Positions 1-10,000 of a stretch of 64,000 bases of DNA are shown here, piece after piece; within the stretch, counting starts at the first letter, position 1; every line of letters starts with the position of its first letter. A model generated the notes under the pieces. That model was not told the origin of the DNA. It saw only the letters and a list, made by a program, of their open reading frames with translations, and ran no database searches. The translations under genes were made by a program, and so were the position numbers. The stretch comes from Planctomycetota bacterium (GTDB lineage Bacteria > Planctomycetota > UBA11346): contig JBBRLJ010000010.1 of NCBI GenBank assembly GCA_038231435.1, positions 57,109 through 121,108 on the forward strand, given 5' to 3'.

Positions 1-1622
1 CTGACCGGATCGATACCGCTGATGCGTCCGGCGCCAGCCCAGTGGTCGCCCACGGTGCGCGCCGCTTTCAGCCGGCCTTTGGAATCCCGCCACACCCCCA
101 TCCAGCGTCCCGCCTTGCGCGCGACCAGTGGCCCGGTCACTTCTTCACGGGGTGCTCCAGCCACGTCGGTGACCACCGACCTGGCCCGCGCCAGAGCCAT
201 CTGCAGCGCGGCGATGTCCCCATGCTGAGTTTCACCGAGCGCCGCCGCATGCCGCTTCTCGGCTCCATCGGCTCGCTTCGATGCTGCTGTCGCCGCGCGC
301 AGAGCGGCATCCCGTTCGGCTTCGAGCGTGAGCGCTCGCGCTTCCTCCTGGCCGGATGCAGTCTGGGCCGCACTTTCCGCCGCATGGAGCGCGGCGGCCA
401 GTCGGTCACGTTCATTCGCGATGTCCGCGCGTGCCCGCTCGACGGTGTCGAAGCTCCGCTCGGCGCCGAGGAGATCCGCCTGGGCCGAAAGCAGCGCGTC
501 GGCGGCGCGGCGACTCTCACGGGTCGTCTCGATGAGATCGTCGTGCGCTTGGCGGGCCAGCTGTTCGGCCGCGACACGGGCTTCCGCGACGGCACGCACC
601 GCGGCAGTCAACTGATCCTGCACCAACGCAGCTGCGCCACGTGCCTGCGTCAACTCGTCGGTCAGCCCGGCGCGGACCGTCTCGGCGTTCTCAAGCTTCG
701 AGGCCGAACCCGCACGCTGCGCATCGACCCGCATCTCGGCGGTCTTGATCCGTTCGGCGACCACGGTCGCCTGGATGGAGGCGGCGGTCAGCTTGGCTTC
801 GGCATCGAGCGTACGCCGCTCCGCCTCGGCGCGCCGCCGTTCCAGGTCGGCGTTGCTGCGCTCGGCCACCGCGATGCGTGCGGTGAGTCCGTCCTTTTCG
901 TTCAACGCCCGTTCGCGTTCGCGCTTGATCGTCGCCATGCCCTCGCGGGCGATGCGCTTGTATTCATCGCCTTTTGCGCTGACCGTGACCATTTCGGCGT
1001 CACGCTCGCCGAGGCGTCCCCGGAGGTCGCTCAGTTCCGCGGGATCGGCGACCGGAACGGCGAGAGCCCGGGCGAGTTGCTCATCACGATCCGCGATGCG
1101 GGCGGCGAGGTTGTCTCGCCGATCGATGGCTTCGGAGAGCTGGGACTGCAGCACCATGACCCGCCCACCAGCTTTCGTCTCGGTGGCGGCGAGGCGCGCG
1201 ATGAGGTCGTCGCGTTCAGTGGTCAGCACGGCCAGGGCGCGCGAGTCCTCGCTGTGATCGCGGCGCTCGGTCCGCCGTGCGAGCATGATCGCATTCAATT
1301 CCATGCGCGTGTTCGCCAGGAGTTGCTCGCGTTCGGCATCGCCGATGGTGGTCGTGGTGCTGATGACCCGACGCAGCGCCTCCTTGATCCAATCCGACAG
1401 ATCGCGCTCGGACATGGTCTTGAGGTTGTGGGTCTTGCCGGTGCGCGTCAGCTCCTCGATCGAAGTCCTCTTGGTCAGCGCCCGCAGATGACTATCGATC
1501 TCGGCCTCTGATGCGCCCTCGATACTCACCTCGCGATGCACCACCGATCCGGTCGGCTGTGCATTCGCGATCGGATGGGCAGTAGGAGTGGCGTGGGAAG
1601 GATCAGCGGGCTTGGAAGACAT
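1..1622 (-). CDS. Long coiled-coil protein, 3'-partial (runs off the window edge)
   Basis: Manual translation of the minus strand from ATG 1622 (GAGGT upstream; alternative in-frame ATG 1640) is open to position 1: MSSKPADPSH...SIEELTRTGKTHNLKTMSERDLSDWIKEALRRV...; A/E/R-rich heptad pattern. Absent from the ORF track because there is no stop in the window. Confidence 0.8.
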   Translation of the reverse strand, partial: MSSKPADPSHATPTAHPIANAQPTGSVVHREVSIEGASEAEIDSHLRALTKRTSIEELTRTGKTHNLKTMSERDLSDWIKEALRRVISTTTTIGDAEREQLLANTRMELNAIMLARRTERRDHSEDSRALAVLTTERDDLIARLAATETKAGGRVMVLQSQLSEAIDRRDNLAARIADRDEQLARALAVPVADPAELSDLRGRLGERDAEMVTVSAKGDEYKRIAREGMATIKRERERALNEKDGLTARIAVAERSNADLERRRAEAERRTLDAEAKLTAASIQATVVAERIKTAEMRVDAQRAGSASKLENAETVRAGLTDELTQARGAAALVQDQLTAAVRAVAEARVAAEQLARQAHDDLIETTRESRRAADALLSAQADLLGAERSFDTVERARADIANERDRLAAALHAAESAAQTASGQEEARALTLEAERDAALRAATAASKRADGAEKRHAAALGETQHGDIAALQMALARARSVVTDVAGAPREEVTGPLVARKAGRWMGVWRDSKGRLKAARTVGDHWAGAGRISGIDPV

Positions 1623-2178
1623 GGATGGGACCTCGACCATCACCCTACCGAAGGTCTGTCTCGATTCAGCACCTTAAACCCAACACCCTCATTCGTATAG
1701 CGCATCATCCTCGCGGGTGACTCCCGAAATGTTTCCAATCGCGATCCCCATGAATCAACGAGGAACCGCACCGGAGTCGGTGCGGTTGGTCGTCGATGAT
1801 GCGTCAGGACGAGCCCTGGGCTCCCGCGCCGCGTTGATGCTCTGCGACGGATCGCCTGCCATCCCAGGGCGATAAGCCCGAAGCCCGCTCCGCCACGGGC
1901 GCATTTCCTCGCCACCACACAGGGGAAGGTCGCGCCGTTATCACCGATCACTGTCGTCGGCGTGGCGAAACTGGCGTTGGTCGTCCCCGCTTGATATTCG
2001 CGCCGTTCCTCTGCCACTGAAACGTCGGCGGCGGCGAACCGCTGTCGTACCGCCACTCGGCCAGCGTCGGCGCGGTCCACTAGGCCCAGGACGACGTCTG
2101 CAGTACCGACATAACCCGTCTGGCCCGCAGATGTCCTGCAGTTCTGACAGCAGCTCCACCCACGGAAACACCGCACGA

Positions 2179-2218
2179 TCAGAATTCTGAGCTGATATTC
2201 ACGCGCTGATATTCACGC
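2179..2218. repeat. 12-bp palindrome followed by a 14-bp direct tandem repeat
   Basis: TCAGAATTCTGA (2179-2190), then GCTGATATTCACGC x2 (2191-2204, 2205-2218). Confidence 0.8.
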
Positions 2219-2316
2219 ATGAGGCTCGCTGGGGACCAACCTAGCCTCCCCCGTCCACGTACTCAGAGACTTGCAACGGTGCGGTGTGCAGACACCATGC
2301 ATGCGCACGAAATTCC

Positions 2317-2392
2317 GGGCGGTTAGCTCAGTGGCTAGAGCATTCGCTTCACACGCGAGGGGTCGGGGGTTCAAATCCCTCACTGCCCACCA
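2317..2392 (+). tRNA. tRNA-Val (anticodon CAC)
   Basis: GGGCGGT acceptor stem, D arm TAGCTCAGTGGCTAGAGC, anticodon arm TTCGC-TTCACAC-GCGAG, T loop GTTCAAATC, encoded 3' CCA; 76 nt. Confidence 0.97.
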
Positions 2393-2394
2393 AT

Positions 2395-2434
2395 AAACAA
2401 CCCCAAGTCCGTCATGGACTTGGGGTTGTTTTTT
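2395..2434. terminator. Intrinsic terminator, probably bidirectional (tRNA-Val / modC)
   Basis: AAACAACCCCAAGTCC-GTCAT-GGACTTGGGGTTGTTT perfect 16-bp stem plus T tract, between convergent tRNA and modC. Confidence 0.9.
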
Positions 2435-2450
2435 GCAAGTGACCCAGCAT

Positions 2451-3533
2451 TCACATCAGGCGGATGGCCTGGGCCTTGAACAGGCACCAGGTCTCCACGC
2501 CCGCGGATATGCCCAACTCGGCGATGGCGGCCTGGCCGACCTCGCACAGCAAGGGCACGCCGACATCGACCACCACCAGCGAGCCGTTCCCCGTCGCCGA
2601 GACCGAGACCACGCGGCCGCGCAGCTGGTTGCGCATCGAGATGCCGGCGACCCGCTGGGTCGCGAGGGCGATGTGCCGCGGATCGATGGTCAGCGATCCG
2701 CGCGAGCCGATGGCGAGCTCGCTGCGCGGGCCATGGAGGGCTTCGGTCCGCTCGGCGCCTGCGCTGGCGAGCGTGAGCAGGGTCCCGTCGGCGTCGCTGC
2801 GCGCGACCACGATGGGCAGGACGTTGGCGAGGCCATGGCGCTGGAGCAGCGACTGGAGCGCCGGATCGCGCGCCAACTCGAGCACGCGTCCCTGGCCGAG
2901 CACGCGTCCACGCTCCATGAGCGCCAGGCGATCGGTGAGCTGGAGGATCTCGGAGAGGTCGTGGCTCACGTAGAGCATCGGCATTTCCAGGCGGTCGCGG
3001 ATAGCGCGCAGGAAGGCCATGATCTGCGCCTTCAGCCGATCGTCCAAAGCCGCCAACGGCTCGTCGAGCACCAGCAGCCGTGGCGAGCACAGCAGCGCGC
3101 GCCCCAGGGCGACGCGCTGCGCCTCGCCGCCCGACAATCCGCGCACTCGCCGTTCGAGCAGCGCTCCCAACTCCAGCAGTTGCACCACCTCGTCGAAGCC
3201 GATGCGGCGCTCGGACGCGTGGAGCAGACGTTCGCCGTAGCGGAGATTGCCGGCGACGGTGTAGTGCGGCAGCAGCCGACCATCCTGGAACACCGCTGCG
3301 ATGCGTCGCCGGTGCGCGGGCACTGAAATCCCGGCGGTAGCGTCGAACAGGGTCTCGCCATCGAGCGTGATCGTTCCCGTGTTCGCACGCACCAGTCCGG
3401 TGACGGCGTGCAGCAGGGTGCTCTTTCCCGATCCGGATGGGCCGAAGACGCCGGTGACGCCGCCGGCGGTGGTCACCGCGGCGGTCAGCGAGAACGTCCC
3501 GCGCCTCGCCTGGATATCGACGGCGAGCGTCAT
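2451..3533 (-). CDS. modC: Molybdate ABC transporter ATP-binding protein
   Basis: Start MTLAVDIQ (ATG 3533, overlaps the modB stop); Walker A GPSGSGKS, LSGGE signature, LDEP Walker B, C-terminal TOBE/Mop motif ISMRNQLRG. Confidence 0.93.
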   Translation of the reverse strand: MTLAVDIQARRGTFSLTAAVTTAGGVTGVFGPSGSGKSTLLHAVTGLVRANTGTITLDGETLFDATAGISVPAHRRRIAAVFQDGRLLPHYTVAGNLRYGERLLHASERRIGFDEVVQLLELGALLERRVRGLSGGEAQRVALGRALLCSPRLLVLDEPLAALDDRLKAQIMAFLRAIRDRLEMPMLYVSHDLSEILQLTDRLALMERGRVLGQGRVLELARDPALQSLLQRHGLANVLPIVVARSDADGTLLTLASAGAERTEALHGPRSELAIGSRGSLTIDPRHIALATQRVAGISMRNQLRGRVVSVSATGNGSLVVVDVGVPLLCEVGQAAIAELGISAGVETWCLFKAQAIRLM

Positions 3534-4216
3534 CGTGCGCTCCGCGCCCGCATGCGCCTGGTCAACAGCTCGGAAGCCAGCAGTGCGAGGATCGACACGG
3601 TCAGCGAGATCAGCAGCAGGCGCATGACCTCGGCCTCTCCATGCGCCGTCTGGCTGTAGGCATAGATCGCCACGGGCAATGTGCGCGATTGGCCGGGGAT
3701 GTTGCCCGCCAGGGTCATGGTCGCGCCGAATTCGCCCAGCCCGCGGGCGAAGGACACCACCAGACCGGCGAGGACGCCTGGAGCTGCCAGCGGCAGGGTG
3801 ACGGTGGCGAAGGTGCGCAGCGGACCGGCGCCGAGGGTGCGCACGGCGTCCTCGAGACGCGGATCCACCAGTTCGATGGCGAGCCGCACCGAGCGCACCA
3901 GCAGCGGGAAGGCCATCACCGCCGCCGCCACCGCGGCGCCGCGCCAGGTGAAGGCGATGCCGAGTCCGAGCGCTTCGAGCCAGCGGCCGAAGGCGCTGCC
4001 ATGTCCGAGCAGCAGCAGCAGCAGGTAGCCGGTGACCACCGGTGGCAGGACCAGCGGCAGGTGCACGGCGGTGTCGACCACGATCTTTCCCGGAAAGCTC
4101 CGTCGCGCGAGCACCCAGCCGAGCGCGATGCCGGGCACCGCCATCGCCACGAGGCTGACCAGCGCCACCCGCGCGCTGAGCGCCACCACTGTCCATTCCT
4201 CGTCAGTGAGCAGCAC
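3530..4216 (-). CDS. modB: Molybdate ABC transporter permease
   Basis: LPLVLPPVVTG, FARGLGEFGAT, GNIPG..RTLP motifs; multiple TM helices. Confidence 0.95.
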   Translation of the reverse strand: MLLTDEEWTVVALSARVALVSLVAMAVPGIALGWVLARRSFPGKIVVDTAVHLPLVLPPVVTGYLLLLLLGHGSAFGRWLEALGLGIAFTWRGAAVAAAVMAFPLLVRSVRLAIELVDPRLEDAVRTLGAGPLRTFATVTLPLAAPGVLAGLVVSFARGLGEFGATMTLAGNIPGQSRTLPVAIYAYSQTAHGEAEVMRLLLISLTVSILALLASELLTRRMRARSAR

Positions 4217-5069
4217 GCGGATCCGCTGGTGTGTTCGCGCGCGGCGGCGGCGCTTTCGCAGCCGGAGTCGTCGCCGGCGCTACCAGCGGCGCCATCTCGA
4301 AGCCGAGACGGGTGAAGATCGCCGAGGCGCGCTCGTCGCGCAGGTAGTCGAGGAAGGCCTGGGCTCGCGGCTTGGCGTTCATGGTCAGGGCCACCGGATA
4401 GCGGATCGGCTGCCGCGCATCGTCCGGGAGCAGCGCCACCACCTCGATCCGATCCGAGGTCTTCGCGTCGGTGGCGTAGACCACGCCGAGCCCGGTCTCG
4501 CCGGTCTCGACCAGGCGCAGGGCCGCGCGCACGTCCAGGGTCGGCGCGAGGCGATCCTTCACCGCATCCCACCAGCCGAGCTCGGTGAACGCCGCCTGGG
4601 CATAGATGCCGGCGGGGACATGGCTCGGATCCGCGATGGCGAGTCGCCCGTTCCAGGCCTTGGCGATGTCGAAGCCCGACGCCACTTGGATGGCGGGGCT
4701 CGGCGCCTTGCCCTTCGGAGCCACCAGCACCAGATGGTTGGCGAGCAGATTGGCGCGCGATCCGGCGCGCAGCGCATGATGCTGGTCGAGGTCGTCCATC
4801 CACTGCTCGTCGGCGCTGAGGATCAGGTCGGCTGGCGCGCCGTTCTCGATCTGCTTGGCGAGGGTCGATGAGGCGGCGAAGCTCAGCGTCACCTCGACCT
4901 TGGTCTCGGCGGTGTAGGCCTTGGCGATCTCGGCGAGCGCGTCGCTGGTCGACGCCGCGGCGAAGACCAGCACCGGCTCGTCGCTCGTCCAGCCTCGGCC
5001 GCAGGTGACCACGGCGAAGGCGAGCGACAGAACCGCGATGCGGAGCGGTGACCGGACCTGGTGGTTCAC
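4203..5069 (-). CDS. modA: Molybdate ABC transporter substrate-binding protein
   Basis: VFAAAST, FAASSTLAKQIENGAPAD, PAGIYA, VYATDA motifs; likely GTG start at 5069 overlapping the upstream AKR stop (GTGA); signal peptide. Confidence 0.92.
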   Translation of the reverse strand: MNHQVRSPLRIAVLSLAFAVVTCGRGWTSDEPVLVFAAASTSDALAEIAKAYTAETKVEVTLSFAASSTLAKQIENGAPADLILSADEQWMDDLDQHHALRAGSRANLLANHLVLVAPKGKAPSPAIQVASGFDIAKAWNGRLAIADPSHVPAGIYAQAAFTELGWWDAVKDRLAPTLDVRAALRLVETGETGLGVVYATDAKTSDRIEVVALLPDDARQPIRYPVALTMNAKPRAQAFLDYLRDERASAIFTRLGFEMAPLVAPATTPAAKAPPPRANTPADPRAAH

Positions 5070-6022
5070 GGGGTTCCGTGCTCGAGCCATCCGATATCCG
5101 CAGAAGTAAGGCGAACGCTCGCCGCGGCGAGGCTGTCGACGAGCTGCGCGGGCGTGCGCGAACCGATGATCGCGGCGCCGCCCTGGGGATGCTCGAGGAT
5201 GTAGGCGAGCGCGATGGCGTTCGGCGTGGCCTTCATGCGTGTCGCGAGCTCGGCGACGCGTTTCCAACGCGCCGCATCCACCGCCGAAGCATTTTCCGGC
5301 AATGGCTTGGCGAAGAATCCGCCGGCCTGCGACGAGTACGGGATCTGGCGCAGGCGCGACTCGCGATGGTACGCCAGCGCCTCGTCATCCATCTCGAGGG
5401 TCTCGTGCGCCTGCCACGGCTTGGCCTTGGCCTGGCGCAGGTTCCACGAGATCTGGCTGGCGCAGAACGGCGTCAGTCCGGTGCTAGCGGCGTGCGCAGC
5501 GGCGGCGCGCAAGCGCGCCGGTCGCCAGTTGGAGGCGCCGATGGCGCGGATCCTGCCGCGGTCGATCTCGCCTTGCAGCGCGTGCAGGATCTCGCCGACC
5601 GGCACCGCGGGATCATCGCGGTGCATCCAGTACAGGTCGATGACGTCGATGCCGAGGCGGTCGAGGCTGTCGTCGAGATCGCTGGCGATGTCCTCGGGTT
5701 TCAGGCGCGAGCGCGACGGACCGCTCATCGGAGGGTGGCCACCCTTGGTCGCGATCACCATCGACGCGCGGTTGCCGCGCTCGCGCATCCAGGCGCCGAT
5801 GGTGCGCTCGCTCGCGCCCTCGCCGCCCGGGAGCCACGCGGCGTAGACGTGGGCGGTGTCGATGAAGTTGCCGCCGTCGGCGGCGTAGCCGTCGAGCAGC
5901 GCGAAGGACTGGTCGCGCGGGATGGCCGAGCCGTGGGTCGCGGTGCCGAGGCAGATCGCCGATACCGGCAGGGAGATTCCGGACAGGCGGATGGAGCGCG
6001 ATGCGGTGTCCATGTGGTTCAT
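5066..6022 (-). CDS. Aldo/keto reductase
   Basis: AKR catalytic tetrad present: FIDTAHVY (D,Y), IATKGG (K), DLYWMHRD (H); GASNW. Confidence 0.92.
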   Translation of the reverse strand: MNHMDTASRSIRLSGISLPVSAICLGTATHGSAIPRDQSFALLDGYAADGGNFIDTAHVYAAWLPGGEGASERTIGAWMRERGNRASMVIATKGGHPPMSGPSRSRLKPEDIASDLDDSLDRLGIDVIDLYWMHRDDPAVPVGEILHALQGEIDRGRIRAIGASNWRPARLRAAAAHAASTGLTPFCASQISWNLRQAKAKPWQAHETLEMDDEALAYHRESRLRQIPYSSQAGGFFAKPLPENASAVDAARWKRVAELATRMKATPNAIALAYILEHPQGGAAIIGSRTPAQLVDSLAAASVRLTSADIGWLEHGTP

Positions 6023-6861
6023 TTCTTGAAGTAGGCGTAGCTGGCGGCGCGGGCGCGCGTGCGCGCCTCGAGTGCGCGCATGTGCGCGTCGTCGAACGGA
6101 GCGTAGGCGCGGGCGATGCGAGCGTTGTCGTCCACCTCGGCCGGCGTCGAGCAGCCGATGATGGCGAGGGTCACTCCGGGCAGCGACAGCGAGTAGCCCA
6201 TCGCCTCGTCCATGCTCAGGCCGCCAGGTTCGAGCAGCGCGCCCTGGGCCGCGACCTTCATCGCGATCACCCCCATGCCGCGGCGCATGGCCTCGGCGGC
6301 GGCGGTTGACGCGAACGGTAGACGGTGCGTGTCGGCGGCATTGAGCGCCACCAGCAGGGTATCGAAATCGAAGCGCTTCATCGCCTCGACCAGGATCTGC
6401 GGATCGTGGTGGCCGGTGAGGCCGAGATGCTTGACGCGCCCGTCGGCGCGCGCCTCGGCGAGGGCCTCGATCGCGCCACCGCGCGCGAAGATGCGCTCGA
6501 GATCGTCGCGGGTGCGCAGGTCGTGCAGCTGCCAGAGATCGAGGCGGTCGGTGCGCAGGCGTTTCAGGCTGTCGTCGAGCAGCCTGAGCGAACCAGCGCG
6601 GGTGCGTTCGTGGGTCTTCGAGGCGAGAAAGACCTGGTCGCGCCGCTTGCCGAGCGTCGCTCCGTAGTAGTCCATGCTACCGGCGTACGCGGGCGCGGTA
6701 TCGCAGTAGGTGACGCCCTGCTCCAACGCGCGCTCGATCACCCGCGCGGCCTCGTCATCGCGGCCATGGGTGCGCAGCACGCCCTCGCCGCCCAGGCCGA
6801 ACAACGAGACCGTGCGGCCGGTGCGCCCGAGCGTTCTGGTGGGCAGGGGAACGGCGGGCAT
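6019..6861 (-). CDS. Aldo/keto reductase
   Basis: RTLGRTG, YCDTAPAY, FLASK, LDLWQLHD, GLTGH motifs. Confidence 0.92.
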   Translation of the reverse strand: MPAVPLPTRTLGRTGRTVSLFGLGGEGVLRTHGRDDEAARVIERALEQGVTYCDTAPAYAGSMDYYGATLGKRRDQVFLASKTHERTRAGSLRLLDDSLKRLRTDRLDLWQLHDLRTRDDLERIFARGGAIEALAEARADGRVKHLGLTGHHDPQILVEAMKRFDFDTLLVALNAADTHRLPFASTAAAEAMRRGMGVIAMKVAAQGALLEPGGLSMDEAMGYSLSLPGVTLAIIGCSTPAEVDDNARIARAYAPFDDAHMRALEARTRARAASYAYFKK

Positions 6862-6896
6862 GCGGGGAGGCTAGCCTGCTTTGCACAGGGGGGAAC

Positions 6897-7001
6897 GTCC
6901 GTGGTCCGTCTCGGACAGCCGGGGAGGCCGTCGTCCGTCCTCGATGTCGGCCATCCTGCTGTCGACGACGGACGACGGACGACGGACGATGGACCACGGA
7001 C
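6897..7001. repeat. Inverted heptamer repeat arrays
   Basis: (GACGACG)x3-GACGATG-GACCACG at 6964-6998; complementary GTCCGTG/GTCCGTC units at 6897-6939. Confidence 0.75.
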
Positions 7002-7086
7002 CAGCCTGTCGCCCTGTCCTTCCACCCCCGCTCGGTGTATAGAATTGAAAGCCACTCCCATCAACGTCAGTGACGGATGGTAGTAC

Positions 7087-10000
7087 GTGCCTGGCTTGCC
7101 GTCACACGCCCGGAACCCCGGCGTTCCCTCTTGGAAGCGAGCCGAGCGCCTGCGCATGTCCGTGTCCGTTCCCTCGTCCACTCCTGAGCCCGTGCCGATG
7201 CCGTTGCCGTTGCCGTTGTTGTTGCCAATGCGGATGCGGATGCGGATGCGAAGGCGGAAGCCTTGCGGCATCCACGCGCGTTCCCGGTGGACATCGCGGT
7301 TCATGTTCTCGCTGCTCGTTGTCGCGTGCGCGTGCGCCTGCGCTGGCGGAGTGGCGTCGGGCGCCACCGCCACCTGGACGGGAGGCGGTGATCAGCTGCG
7401 TTGGAGCGATGCCGCGAACTGGAGCCCGGGCTGTCCCGCATCCGGTGATGACGTAGTGGTTCCGCTCTCGGCGGCCATCACCATCGACGGTGCCGCCGAG
7501 ACCGCCTACCATGGACTCTCCATCACCGCCGATGGCGTGACGCTCTCGGGCGGCGTGCTGCGCATGAGCGGCGGGATCGTGGTCGGTCCCGCCACCGGAG
7601 CGCCGGGGCCGATGCGCGCGACGATCACCAGCGAGCTGGTAGCCGACACCGATCTCGCGGTGTCGTGCGCCAAAGGCGCGACGCTGGTCCTGGGCGGCGC
7701 GATCGATCTGCGCGATCACCATCTCATGTTCCAGGGCGAGGGCGCGATCGAGGTGGCCGGCGCCGTGCGTGGCGCCGGCGGGGTCGACTGCCGTGGTCCG
7801 GGCCGCGTGTCGCTTTCAGGCCCCAGCTCGTTCGCTGGCGGCTTCGTCGCGCACGGCGGAGAGGTGCGCGTCGACGCCGATGTCCCAGCTGCCGGGGATT
7901 CCCCGTGCGGCGCAGGCGAGACGCCGCTGGGCATCGACGGTGGAACGTTGCTGGTGAACACCCCCATGTTCGCGCGTCCGCTCGCGATAGGTCCGCGCGG
8001 CGGCAGGCTCGACGCCTTCGGTGCGGCGCGCTCCGTGGCCGCTCCGATCGTCACCGCCTCGTGGTCCAACGGCGGCATCACCGGCACCTACCTGCCCGAG
8101 AGCATGCGCGGTGTGGTCGAGGACGACTGGCGCGGACACCACAAGCCCGCCAGCATCCGCGAGGACGCGCTGATCAACTTCCCCAACCAGGCGTTCGGCA
8201 CCAGCGACGAGCAGCGCGCATTCCATATCGCCGGCACGCCCGCCGACTGGGACGACTTCTCCATCCAGTGGGACGGCTACCTGCGCATCGAGACCGACGG
8301 CACCTCGTTATCCACGCGCTCGGACGACGGCAGCCGGATGTGGATCGATCTCAACCACGACGGCAAGGTCCAGTCGGACGAATGGGGTTCGAACGGCTGG
8401 GGTGGCGGACAGGGCGCGACGGTGAAGAAGGTGAGTGGGCCGCTGCCGGTTGGCGTCTACCAGATCCGCGTGCAGTACGAGGAAGGCGGCGGCGGCAATA
8501 CCATGAGTCTGCTATGGGACGACCGCCGCCACGGCACGGTGAGTCTCGGGGGGCTGATGGTGGTGCCGACCGAGGACTTCCTGCGCACGGCGTCGTTCAC
8601 GATCGGCGGCGAGCCGGTCGCGAGCGCCGGCGGGCAGCAGCTGACGCTCGCCGGCCCGATCAGCGGCCAAAGCGAGGTGGTGAAGGACGGTGGCAGCGTG
8701 GCGCTGTTCGCGGCCGAGAACTCCTACGCCTCGGATACCCGGATCCTGGGCGGCACGCTCGCCTGCGCGCGCGACCGGACGCTGCCGCCAACCCATCTCG
8801 AGATCGGCCCGGGCGCTCGCCTGGATGCGCGCGGCCATGCCCAGGCGCTCGCCGGCATCTCTGGTGACGGCGAATGCCTGCTCTCCGGGGCCGCGCTCAC
8901 GCTCACCGGCAACGGCTCGTTCATCGGACGCATGCCCGGACGCGGCTCGGTGCACAAGCAGGGCGAGGGAGCGATCGCGCTGCTGGGCGAGATCTCGGAC
9001 GGCGTCGCGTTCACGCTCGCCGGTGGCAGCATCCGTTTCGCCAGCGGTCGCATCCTCGCTGCCGTCCAGCTGCAGGCTCCACTCACCACCACCGTCATGC
9101 TGCCGAGCGAGCTCAGCGGAGCGCGCCAGGTCGACTGCCTGATCACCGTGCCGGCGAATGCGCCCGACGATCTCGGCGGCGGCGTGTGCGTCGCGGATCA
9201 GCACGGCCACTGGTTCCAACGCTTCGCGGACGAGCGACTGGTCCCTGGCAAGCACCACCTGCGCTTCGCGCTCGGCGAAGGAGCGAGCCTGCACAGTGAG
9301 CCGTGGTCGGCGCGCTGGGACGCGGCCGCGTCATCGTCCAATCGCACCGGTCTATTCTTCTGGTCGGCGAGCGGTAGTCGTGCGAGCGTGCAGGTCGATT
9401 GCCGGGTGTCGCGGCTACAGCCCGTGCCGGCATCCGGCGTGGAGTTGATCGATGGCGCGAGCCCGGCGGCGCCCGCCCATCCCGGCGAACGCCTCGAGTG
9501 GTCGTGCCGGCCCCAGCCGTTTCCGGAAAACCCGTACGATCCGCAGCAGTTTTCGCTCACCGCGGTGTTCACCGGGCCCGACGGCACCGAGACGCGCATC
9601 CCCGGCTTCTACATCCAGCGCATGGCGTCACGGGATCGCGGCGATCGCGAGGAGGTCCAGCCGATCGGCGAGGAGGCGTTCGCGGTGCGCTTCCGTCCGC
9701 GCGTCCCCGGGCACTGGCGCCTGCGCCTCGAGGCGCTGTGGCAGGGCGGACGCACGGTCGCCTGCGAGCAGCCGGCATTCGAGGTCTCCGGCGAACCGTG
9801 GGACGACTACGTGCACGTCGATCACGACGACCCGCGCTTCTTCTCGGCGGGCGGTACCGCCGGTGCATCCACTGGTGCATCCACTGGTACAAGCGGTCTG
9901 GCGACCAGGTTTGTCTGGCCGATCGGGTTGAATATCCGTTCGGTGAACGACCAGCGCAGCCTGGCCACGCTCGGGACCAGGATCACGCCCGACCGCGGGT

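Noticed and set aside
42..1511. 489-aa plus-strand ORF, and many other long antisense or alternate-frame ORFs (e.g. 50668-52344, 55308-57125, 59523-61652, 30466-32670)
   Set aside because: Shadow ORFs typical of high-GC DNA; each overlaps a gene with clear family motifs on the other strand or frame.
1640..2176. Small minus-strand ORFs (178 aa, 76 aa) upstream of the tRNA
   Set aside because: No RBS, no motifs and atypical composition; cannot be supported.
2317..2434. tRNA-Val as an integration site for an island carrying modABC
   Set aside because: No integrase, no duplicated tRNA 3' end seen elsewhere in the window, and the native terminator follows directly.
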